Origin: an uncultured Gammaproteobacteria bacterium
GTDB lineage: Bacteria; Patescibacteriota; Microgenomatia; Levybacterales; GWA1-39-11
Assembly: GCA_964409875.1 (NCBI GenBank)
Contig: CAYPEN010000004.1
Coordinates: forward strand, 11,596 to 75,595
DNA length: 64,000 nucleotides
Reading direction: 5' to 3'
Below the pieces are notes generated by a model. It had not been told where the DNA came from. It made no database searches and saw nothing but the letters and a program-made list of their open reading frames with translations. Made by a program: the position numbers and the translations under genes. Shown here in pieces: positions 1 to 8,464 of the stretch. The number at the start of each line of letters is the position of its first letter. Within the stretch, counting starts at the first letter, position 1.

Positions 1-872
1 AAACTCCAACGCAAGTAGAGCATGAGGTTGAAACCCAACCGGTAACGGAAGTTCTAGAGCAAGTAAAAACAGAGGGTATAACAAAACCATTAACGCAAGT
101 TGAAGTGGAAGTGGAAGTAGCAGTTGCGCAGGACGCTCTTGCTACTACACTTGCTCAACAAGAGAAGGTGTCGCTTGCAAAAGCGAGAGAGGCAATTACA
201 ACTGTTGTAGGGCAAGAACAAGCTTTAGAGCAACAGGGAGAGCCTAAATTCGAACAAAAACAGGAGCAGAAGAAAAAGAAAAAAACACTTGAGGAGAAGG
301 CAAGAGAAATGGTTCTTAAAAGAAAAAAGGAAAAGCAAGAATTCAGGAATGGTTCAGAAAAAGATGAAGAGGGCATCCTTTATTTTGATAAGGATAACGA
401 GGTGAATACCTATAGGGAAATGGTAGCAATAGCAGCTGCTGAGCGGTTGATTGTCATGGGGCATGAAGTGACAGGGGCAGCATTGGCAGAAGCCGTTGCA
501 AATCAAATAGAAGAGGGGAAAGGAAGTGAAATAGTTGACGGTATCCAAGATGATGAGTCTGGTATAGCAGTCGTTGAGTCTATTGCCAAAATGGGAAAAA
601 TGGAAAATAGCTGGACCCTGAGGAGAATACTTCGTCAAATAACAGATAGATATACCGCAGTAAAACTTGCATCCAAAAGCCATGATGGTGCCGGAAAGCA
701 GAATGCTGAAAATGTCTACGGCAGAGATCTTGATGGCGTCGGGGCCCGTTTTGAGGAACAAAATTCAACGGGTCAAATGAGGGAGCTTGAAAATGGACAA
801 ATTGTTTATATTACGCAAAAGCCTCCCGAACCTCTTCCTGTTGCGCCGGGTGAAATGTCACAGAGTTATTAA
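1..872 (+). CDS. hypothetical Glu/Lys-rich protein, 5' partial (reading frame open to window start)
   Basis: Frame is open from position 3 through the annotated GTG at 105; no stop occurs before the window edge. Low-complexity E/K-rich N-terminal part; no recognisable domain. Confidence 0.5.
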   Translation, partial: TPTQVEHEVETQPVTEVLEQVKTEGITKPLTQVEVEVEVAVAQDALATTLAQQEKVSLAKAREAITTVVGQEQALEQQGEPKFEQKQEQKKKKKTLEEKAREMVLKRKKEKQEFRNGSEKDEEGILYFDKDNEVNTYREMVAIAAAERLIVMGHEVTGAALAEAVANQIEEGKGSEIVDGIQDDESGIAVVESIAKMGKMENSWTLRRILRQITDRYTAVKLASKSHDGAGKQNAENVYGRDLDGVGARFEEQNSTGQMRELENGQIVYITQKPPEPLPVAPGEMSQSY

Positions 873-931
873 AATAATTGCCTCACACTTTTTTGTTTGA
901 AGCAGAATTTCGTGCTACAATATGAGGCATT

Positions 932-2791
932 ATGACAGCCCATCAAATACTTGAAAAATATATTGCCTTTTTTGAAAAAAGGGGACACGTACGAATTGAA
1001 AACTCATCGCTGGTTCCACTTAATGACCCAACCACTTTGTTTACCTCCTCGGGAATGCAACCTTTAGTGCCATTTCTTTTAGGAGAGACGCATCCTCAGG
1101 GGGTAAGGCTTGTAAACGCACAGAATTGTTTTCGTGCGCAGGATATTGATGAAATTGGGGATAACAGACACACTACATTTTTTAGGATGCTTGGTAATTG
1201 GTCACTTGGAGATTACTTCAAGAAGGAGCAAATCCCTTGGTTTTTTGAATTTTTGACGGATGAATTAGGTTTGAACCCGGAAAGATTGTATGTCACAGTT
1301 TTTTCCGGATATGGAAATATCGATAAAGACACGGAAAGCATTGCTATTTGGAAAGAACTGTTCGAAAAGAAAGGAATTAATCCTGAAGGAAGAATTCTTG
1401 AGTATGGAGTTGAAAAGAACTGGTGGTCGCGATCCGGCACACCGGATAAAATGCCCGAGGGCGAACCTGGAGGTCCAGATAGCGAAGTTTTTTACGATTT
1501 CGGCGCGGATATGAATCTTCATGAGAAAAGCTCATTCAAAGAGCTGGATTGTCATGTGAATTGTGATTGCGGAAGGTACCTTGAAATTGGAAATTCAGTG
1601 TTCATGCAATATATAAAGAGCGAAAATGGGTTTGAGAAATTGCCCAAGCAGAATGTTGACTTTGGTGGAGGGTTGGAGCGTTTGGTAGCAGTTACAGAGA
1701 GCAAGCAGGATGTTTTCGAGTCAAGCTTATTTCAACCGATAATTGAGACGGTCACTAACACTACGGCAAAATCGTACAAGGAAAATGCACAGCAGATGCG
1801 TATAATTTGTGATCACTTTACAGCTGCGGTATTTATTTGTTCAAGCGGTGTAAAGCCGTCAAACAAAGAACAAGGATATATCCTAAGGCGGCTCATCAGG
1901 CGGGGATTGGACAACTTTTATCTTCTCAATGGAGATACGATAGTGCCTATTATTGAAAAAATCGTTGACCAATATTCTGAAACAGACCCTGTTTTAAAAG
2001 AAAATTTTGAAGAAATAAAAGACACAGTACTTGAAGAGGAACAGACCTACCAAAAAGCACTTACCGGAGGAAAAAAGTTGATAGAGAAAGAAATTGCCCG
2101 TATGAAAGACGAAGTAAAGGTAGGAGACGAATTGATGGGTGTAACCCAAATTTCAGCTGATGTTGCTTTTAAAGCAATTACATCATTCGGACTTGGTCCA
2201 ACCCAGCTGAAAAGTCTTGGATACGCATTTGATGACAAAGAACTGGCTGAAAAAATCAAAGAACATCAGGAGTTGTCCCGAAAAGGAGCAGAACAAAAAT
2301 TTGCAGGTGGGCTTGCCGACCATAATGAGCTTACTGTAAAAGGGCATACAGCCACTCACTTGATGCACCAGGCTTTAAGAGATGTTTTGGGAAATTCGGT
2401 GCATCAGACCGGAAGTAATATCACATCTGAACGCGTAAGATTCGATTTTACGTTCGAAAGAAAATTGACAGATGAAGAGATGCAAAAAGTAAAGTCCATA
2501 GTGTTGGAAAAAATTAAGGAAGATTTGCCGGTCCATTTTGAAATAATGCCTCTTCAGAAGGCGCGAGATTTGGGAGCAATTGGGTTATTTAATGATAAAT
2601 ACGCAGAAGACGTGAAGATATATTTTGTTGGAGGTTCTTCGACAAGCTCAGGACGACGGAATAATGCATATTCCGTCGAGTTTTGTGGTGGTCCACACGT
2701 TGAACATACGGGTATTATCAAGAGTTTTGATATACTAAAAGAAGAAGGGGTTGCCCGTGGAGTCCGTCGAATTTACGCGAAGGTGACATAA
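932..2791 (+). CDS. alaS: alanyl-tRNA synthetase, short form (catalytic + editing domains, no C-Ala domain)
   Basis: N-terminal class II AlaRS motifs (TLFTSSGMQP, RHTTFFRMLGNWSLGDYFK); editing-domain HxxxH (HTATHLMH) and zinc site (CGGPHV). Only 619 aa. Confidence 0.9.
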   Translation: MTAHQILEKYIAFFEKRGHVRIENSSLVPLNDPTTLFTSSGMQPLVPFLLGETHPQGVRLVNAQNCFRAQDIDEIGDNRHTTFFRMLGNWSLGDYFKKEQIPWFFEFLTDELGLNPERLYVTVFSGYGNIDKDTESIAIWKELFEKKGINPEGRILEYGVEKNWWSRSGTPDKMPEGEPGGPDSEVFYDFGADMNLHEKSSFKELDCHVNCDCGRYLEIGNSVFMQYIKSENGFEKLPKQNVDFGGGLERLVAVTESKQDVFESSLFQPIIETVTNTTAKSYKENAQQMRIICDHFTAAVFICSSGVKPSNKEQGYILRRLIRRGLDNFYLLNGDTIVPIIEKIVDQYSETDPVLKENFEEIKDTVLEEEQTYQKALTGGKKLIEKEIARMKDEVKVGDELMGVTQISADVAFKAITSFGLGPTQLKSLGYAFDDKELAEKIKEHQELSRKGAEQKFAGGLADHNELTVKGHTATHLMHQALRDVLGNSVHQTGSNITSERVRFDFTFERKLTDEEMQKVKSIVLEKIKEDLPVHFEIMPLQKARDLGAIGLFNDKYAEDVKIYFVGGSSTSSGRRNNAYSVEFCGGPHVEHTGIIKSFDILKEEGVARGVRRIYAKVT

Positions 2792-2810
2792 ACGGGGAAC
2801 ACGTACAATT

Positions 2811-5063
2811 ATGCGTCTTCCTGCCATACCATTTCTTACAAAAACAGTAACAAGCGAATTCTTTCTTTCTTTAATTTTTGAAAGCGATAAGGTATCTTCT
2901 ATCCTTTTTAAGGAGCAGGAGAAAACACTTATTATTTTGGCATCCCACCAAGTTCCTATTGACCTTGAGGATGCAGCAGTTGAAGATTTGGTTGTTGCAA
3001 GCGACAAGGTGATATCAAAATTAGAGCTTAGTCTTCCTGAAAATGCAACACTTGAGAAGACGATATTTGCGGTTCCCTATTCATGGGTTGAAGAAGGAAA
3101 AATAAAAACAGAGAGACTTACGCAGCTTAAGAAAATCAGTATTGAGCTCGCGTTAACCCCCATGGGTTTCATCGTTTCAATTGAGGCAATTATTGCCTTT
3201 TTGCAGAAAAAAGAAGGCGCACCAATAAGTGGCATTTTTGTTGAAGTTTCTGAGAGGTACATTACCGTTTTTGTAGTGAGAGGCGGAAATATTATCGATA
3301 TCAAACATGGCGTTGTTGAGAACAGTGTGGAGACGACGGTCGAAAAGCTTTTAGGACATGTAACGAGTCTGGATGTTCTTCCCTCGAAGATTGTCCTTAT
3401 ACATACGAAAGAGTCGGAAAGCATTCAACAGAAATTCTTATCGCATCACTGGACAAAAGATCTCCCTTTCATGCATCTTCCACAGGTGGCAATTCTTGAA
3501 AAAGGCTTTGAGAATGAGGCAATTGTGAGCGGTGTTGCCTCACAACTTAATGTGACGTTGCGGGGGGATGTTGCCGTTTCAACGAATGAGGAGATTGGGG
3601 AAGACGAGGAGGAAGTGAGCACCAGTAGCGACCTTTTTGGTTTTGTGAAGGATGCAGATATTGCCGAAGCAAAGAATGAAGAGCCGATACATGTCACTCC
3701 CCCAAAGAAAGATGAATTTGATTTCAAAGAAGAAGTTGCTGATAACCAAATTATCGTAAAACATCATGGAGTAGAGCAGTCAAATGGGGAAGACGAAGAA
3801 CTGTATGAAGAAGATGAACCTCACGCTAAAAAGGAAGTAGCCAGAAAAAAAATAGGCGGAGGAATTCTACCTTTTTTATCTGAATTTTTTACTCCCAATA
3901 CTTTTGCAAAAATTCCTCATTTTTTGGGAAGCGGAAGAAGGCTCGTTATTCCAATCATTGCCCTCATAGCTGTTTTGGGAGTTTTAGCTTTATATTACCT
4001 GGTCTATCTTAAGACAGACGTTATTGTATTTACGGATCAGAAGGCGTTTACGCAAGACTCTTTAGACATCACCCTTACAACTAGTGGTAATTCCTCTTTT
4101 TCGGATAAAACGTTAAAAATATCAACGTTAAATGAGGAGGTTCAAGGTGAAGAGTCGCAAGAGACAACCGGTCAAAAAGATACTGGACAGAAAGCGACTG
4201 GAAGCATCACTCTCTTCAATAAAACCGAAAGTCCCAAGCAACTGGATAAAGGAACAATAGTTACCTCCTCTAATAACCTTAATTTCACGCTTAACGATGC
4301 GGTATCTATTGCTTCTACAAGTTCTTTTTCGACCTCTTTTTCAAACGCACAAGTAAAAGTGACCGCTTCGAATTTCGGTAAAGAATACAATATTCCTTCG
4401 GCAACAAATTTCACTATCAAAGGCACACCAACATCAGACCTTTTCGGAAGGAATGACAGCGCATTTTCAGGGGGAACAAAAGAAGAAGTTCAGGTAGTCT
4501 CAAAGAAAGATTTACAGGGCCTTGAGGATACAGTTACAAAACGACTTTTTGAGAAAGCATCTTCCCAAGCGTCATCAAAACTATCAGCAGATGAGGCAAT
4601 GATTCCTTCATATTTAACCGCTGATTTCAAAGAAAAGAAATTTGATAAAAAAGCAGATGATGAAGCAAAGAATGTAAAGCTTTCTGCAACAGTGGAGTAT
4701 ACTTTAGGGGTTTATAAAAAAGAGGAATTATCCAAATTCATCTCAACGTCGAATAATTTCAATGTTCCCGCAGATTTCAGATTATCTGAGCCTGACTCTT
4801 CGATAAAAATTTCAGAAATTCAACAAAACAAGAATGATGTCAGCGCAAAACTTTCATTCAATGCTGTTTTTAGACCACAAATCGATTCAAACAAAATCCC
4901 TCAACTTATTTCCGGAAAGAGTGAAAAGGATGCTATTGCAAAGCTAAAAGGGATATCCGGCATATCTGATGTGTCAATCGTATTTCCTAACAAACTTCCT
5001 TATTTGCCTTCTTTGGTCTCTCTTAATAAAGGCAATATAAAAGTCGAACTTAAAACCCAATAA
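2811..5063 (+). CDS. large membrane protein: N-terminal cytoplasmic domain, acidic linker, one TM helix, Ser/Thr-rich extracytoplasmic domain
   Basis: 750 aa ORF. TM segment LVIPIIALIAVLGVLALYYLVYL in the middle. The N-terminal ~250 aa have an FtsA/PilM-like pattern (inference only). Immediately upstream of a sortase gene. Confidence 0.6.
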   Translation: MRLPAIPFLTKTVTSEFFLSLIFESDKVSSILFKEQEKTLIILASHQVPIDLEDAAVEDLVVASDKVISKLELSLPENATLEKTIFAVPYSWVEEGKIKTERLTQLKKISIELALTPMGFIVSIEAIIAFLQKKEGAPISGIFVEVSERYITVFVVRGGNIIDIKHGVVENSVETTVEKLLGHVTSLDVLPSKIVLIHTKESESIQQKFLSHHWTKDLPFMHLPQVAILEKGFENEAIVSGVASQLNVTLRGDVAVSTNEEIGEDEEEVSTSSDLFGFVKDADIAEAKNEEPIHVTPPKKDEFDFKEEVADNQIIVKHHGVEQSNGEDEELYEEDEPHAKKEVARKKIGGGILPFLSEFFTPNTFAKIPHFLGSGRRLVIPIIALIAVLGVLALYYLVYLKTDVIVFTDQKAFTQDSLDITLTTSGNSSFSDKTLKISTLNEEVQGEESQETTGQKDTGQKATGSITLFNKTESPKQLDKGTIVTSSNNLNFTLNDAVSIASTSSFSTSFSNAQVKVTASNFGKEYNIPSATNFTIKGTPTSDLFGRNDSAFSGGTKEEVQVVSKKDLQGLEDTVTKRLFEKASSQASSKLSADEAMIPSYLTADFKEKKFDKKADDEAKNVKLSATVEYTLGVYKKEELSKFISTSNNFNVPADFRLSEPDSSIKISEIQQNKNDVSAKLSFNAVFRPQIDSNKIPQLISGKSEKDAIAKLKGISGISDVSIVFPNKLPYLPSLVSLNKGNIKVELKTQ

Positions 5064-5072
5064 CAATTTTCT

Positions 5073-5804
5073 ATGCATCGGTATTCATACGGAAAAAATG
5101 TCCGTTTTTTTAAGAAGCGGAAAAAAATAATCGGGATAATGAGCATTACGGTAGGTTTTATTACACTGTTGTACTTTTTTTTCCCGGTTCTTTCATATCA
5201 CCTTTATCTTTCATCGGCATTCGCAGGAAATGATATTCAAGCGCCGCTTCCTCAACGGTTTGTTTTGGGAGACAACTCATCGATGAAAGGGCTTTTCGCA
5301 TCGGGTCTTTCCAACATGACTGCAAATTTCGCAGATGCAAGGAATTGGTTTCCCAATGTAAGAAAGGACAAAAAAGCGCTTCAAAAAGTTTCAGAATATG
5401 ATCTGTCAATTCCGTCTCAGAACATCTCTCATATGAAAGTTTCAGCTGTTGATTTCGACCTTTCAAAACATATGGTCCAGTATTTTTCAACCTCAAAAAG
5501 TCCTATTGAGAACGGTACATCGGTAATATTCGGCCATTCAACATTGCCTCAATGGTTTGACCCGAAAAATTACATGGCGGTCTTTGCACACCTTCACTTG
5601 ATAAAAGATGGTGATGAGATTGTTTTGACTGTTGATGGTCAGGATTATCACTATAAAGTGTTCTCAAGGACCATTACCGACTCAAATGATCCCAATATTT
5701 TCTCTCAAGCATATGATAATAGCTACATTACTATCATAACCTGTACTCCTCCTGGTACTACATGGAAAAGACTAGTAGTGAGGGCAAGCTTGGTTGAGAG
5801 TTAG
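5073..5804 (+). CDS. sortase family transpeptidase
   Basis: N-terminal membrane anchor; conserved His (VIFGHSTL), Cys in a TLxTC-like motif (ITIITCTPPG) and Arg (RLVVRASL). Confidence 0.75.
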   Translation: MHRYSYGKNVRFFKKRKKIIGIMSITVGFITLLYFFFPVLSYHLYLSSAFAGNDIQAPLPQRFVLGDNSSMKGLFASGLSNMTANFADARNWFPNVRKDKKALQKVSEYDLSIPSQNISHMKVSAVDFDLSKHMVQYFSTSKSPIENGTSVIFGHSTLPQWFDPKNYMAVFAHLHLIKDGDEIVLTVDGQDYHYKVFSRTITDSNDPNIFSQAYDNSYITIITCTPPGTTWKRLVVRASLVES

Positions 5805-5840
5805 TTTTGAAACTATTACATTTGATATATAGTTATAAGA

Positions 5841-6053
5841 ATGGATCCAAATCAACAAGGTTATTCACAATATAACGAGCAACAATTGCAAAAAGAACAT
5901 GCACTACAGGTATGGAAAGAGCGCATATACCGTTTTTTTTACAACATTTGGCCGGCACTGCAGCAAATACTAATGTTCATTTTTTACCATACGATGCGCA
6001 TAGTCCGAGGATTTTTCAGGACCGCACTTGAATCATTCAGGGGTGGAGGATGA
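5841..6053 (+). CDS. small hypothetical protein
   Basis: 70 aa ORF; stop overlaps the start of the next gene (ATGA). No known domain. Confidence 0.3.
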   Translation: MDPNQQGYSQYNEQQLQKEHALQVWKERIYRFFYNIWPALQQILMFIFYHTMRIVRGFFRTALESFRGGG

Positions 6054-7327
6054 GTATGACAAATAACGAAGAAGCATTAAAAGCGATACAAAAGAAGTTG
6101 GTTGGGAAAACACTTTCCTATAAAGAGATTTATGCCATAATGGACGAAATTGCCCATGATAGGCTTGGTGACGTGCTTACTACCTATTTTGCCGCTTCAG
6201 GGTATTCAAAAGGATTTACTTATGATGAAATCTATTACCTCACAAAGGCTATGGTTGAGACGGGTGAACATTTGCATTTCAAAGGCATCGTTGCCGATAA
6301 ACATTCTATTGGTGGACTCCCTGGCACCCGTGCGACCATGATTGTAGTGCCGATAGTTGCCTCAGCTGGTTTTACTATACCCAAAAGTTCGTCGCGCGCC
6401 ATCACAACTCCGGCGGGGACAGCCGATTCGATGGAAACCATAGCAAAAGTGACATTTGATGAAAAAGAAATATACGAAATCGTTGAAAAAACAAACGCGT
6501 GTATTGTATGGGGGGGGAGTTTTAAGATAGCACCTGCAGATGATGAAATAATTCATGTTGAGGAGCCTTTAGCTCTTGAAAGCTATGACAAAATACTCGT
6601 GTCTGTTATGGCAAAAAAAGTAGCGTTTGGTTCAAATCATGTTGTTATTGACATACCCTATGGTACGACCATGAAAGTGCATCACAAGGAAGATGCGGAA
6701 AGTCTGGCCAGAAAATTCAAATATCTTGCAAAGAGGTTCAGTATCAAGCTCGAAGCAAACGTAAGTCATGCTTCGGAGCCAGCCGGGAACGGTATTGGGC
6801 CATTATTGGAAGCCCGGGATGCGTTGAAGGTTTTAGAGCAAAAGGAGGATAGGCCCATGCAGCTGGAGAAGAAATCGCTGGATTTGGCAGCACAACTTCT
6901 TGCTCTGTGCCTTGATGACGCAGAAGGTCAGATAAAGGAAGAAGCTTCAAAATATTCGGATACTTTCGCCTGGGCAAATGACATTTTAGTAACAGGCAGA
7001 GCACATAAAAAAATGATGGAAATAGTTGCAGCACAAAAGGGCGATCCGACCATATCATCTGACGAGCTCCATGCAGGACCTTTCACTAAAGCAGCCGAAT
7101 CAGACAAGAAAGGGATAGTGAAAGGCATTAAAAGTACCAATCTTACAATTATTGCAAAAGTTTTGGGAGCTCCCCAGGACCATAAAGCCGGACTATATTT
7201 ACACAAAAAAATAGGAGATGCGGTTGGGGTGCGTGATACATTGTTTGATATGTACAGTGAAACAGAACACAGACTTCACGAGGCTACTGATTCTCTTGAG
7301 ATGTTCCCGATTTATGAGATAGAGTAG
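6050..7327 (+). CDS. AMP phosphorylase / thymidine phosphorylase family protein (archaeal AMPpase-like)
   Basis: DKHSIGGLPG...SSRAITTPAGTAD resembles archaeal AMP phosphorylase rather than the E. coli DeoA glycine-rich loop. Pyrimidine-nucleoside phosphorylase fold. Confidence 0.85.
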   Translation: MSMTNNEEALKAIQKKLVGKTLSYKEIYAIMDEIAHDRLGDVLTTYFAASGYSKGFTYDEIYYLTKAMVETGEHLHFKGIVADKHSIGGLPGTRATMIVVPIVASAGFTIPKSSSRAITTPAGTADSMETIAKVTFDEKEIYEIVEKTNACIVWGGSFKIAPADDEIIHVEEPLALESYDKILVSVMAKKVAFGSNHVVIDIPYGTTMKVHHKEDAESLARKFKYLAKRFSIKLEANVSHASEPAGNGIGPLLEARDALKVLEQKEDRPMQLEKKSLDLAAQLLALCLDDAEGQIKEEASKYSDTFAWANDILVTGRAHKKMMEIVAAQKGDPTISSDELHAGPFTKAAESDKKGIVKGIKSTNLTIIAKVLGAPQDHKAGLYLHKKIGDAVGVRDTLFDMYSETEHRLHEATDSLEMFPIYEIE

Positions 7328-7348
7328 GGATGAAATTCCTATGGTAAA

Positions 7349-8317
7349 ATGTTTGAAGTTTTTATGAGAAAAGGCTTTATCCTGCTTGTTATCATCGTTA
7401 TTCTGTTTTTTGGGTTTCTTGCATGGTGGAAAAATGGTATTTCAGCAGTCAACCCGAAGGATAAAAGCGAAAAGATGTTTGTTATTCCAAGAGGGACTGC
7501 AATAAGAACAGTAGGAAACGAATTGAAGGCAGAAGGTCTTATAAAGGACCCTGTTGTTTTCTTCATTTATATAAAACAGAACAATTTAGATAAAAACATA
7601 CAAGCAGGCTCCTACCGGTTGTCTCCTTCGATGGATCTTCCAAAAATTATGGATACATTGGGTCATGGAACAATTGATATTTGGGTCACCATTCCCGAAG
7701 GATATAGAGCAGAAGAAATTGCGGCTATTTTGAAGCAGAGTATTCCCACCTTTCAAGAAACATGGATTGAGAAATTGAAAAGTGAAGAGGGCTACCTTTT
7801 CCCCGATACGTATCTTATTCCTAAAGACGCAGATATTGGTAGCATTATTTCTATTTTCACCAATAATTTCTATACAAAAATCGGAACAGTTGGTTTGTCT
7901 AAAGACACACCAGGTCTTCAAAAAATTGTAACGGTAGCCTCCCTCATCGAGCGTGAAGCAAAATTTGCCGATGATAGACCAAATGTTGCTTCTGTTATCA
8001 ATAATAGGCTCGATATAGGAATGGCCCTTCAAATCGATGCAACGGTACAATATATATATGGATATAATCCTTCCTCAAAAAAGTGGTGGAATGAGCCGAC
8101 GGCTGCCCAGCTTAAAATTCCTTCTCTATATAACACATATATCCATCCGGGATTGCCTCCTGCGCCTATATGTAATCCTGGGCTTTCTGCAATTGGGGCC
8201 GCTGCCAATCCATCAAAGACAAATTATATATATTATGTAAATGATTCCAAGGGTAAGCTGCATTTTGCAGAAACACTGTCAGAACACAATAAAAATATCG
8301 ACAAATTCTTGAGGTGA
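7349..8317 (+). CDS. mltG: endolytic murein transglycosylase MltG (YceG family)
   Basis: N-terminal TM anchor followed by a YceG-like domain (YRLSPSMDLPKIMDTL, IPEGYRAEEIAAIL). The start could instead be the second ATG at 7364. Confidence 0.8.
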   Translation: MFEVFMRKGFILLVIIVILFFGFLAWWKNGISAVNPKDKSEKMFVIPRGTAIRTVGNELKAEGLIKDPVVFFIYIKQNNLDKNIQAGSYRLSPSMDLPKIMDTLGHGTIDIWVTIPEGYRAEEIAAILKQSIPTFQETWIEKLKSEEGYLFPDTYLIPKDADIGSIISIFTNNFYTKIGTVGLSKDTPGLQKIVTVASLIEREAKFADDRPNVASVINNRLDIGMALQIDATVQYIYGYNPSSKKWWNEPTAAQLKIPSLYNTYIHPGLPPAPICNPGLSAIGAAANPSKTNYIYYVNDSKGKLHFAETLSEHNKNIDKFLR

Positions 8318-8393
8318 ATTTGAACTCAAGTTATAAAGAGGGTCTTGACAAAGTTCTTATAATACTGTATATGTAAACAACATGTAAAAAAAA

Positions 8394-8424
8394 GATGGGT
8401 GTTGATACACTCATCGTTTTTTTT
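8394..8424 (+). terminator. hairpin plus T-tract (intrinsic terminator/attenuator candidate) between mltG and rpoB
   Basis: GATGgGTG-loop-CACtCATC stem followed by a T-run, preceded by an A-run (possibly bidirectional). Confidence 0.4.
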
Positions 8425-8464
8425 CGTGTGATGAAGGTAAGCGTTTACTTCAAATCAATTCCAG

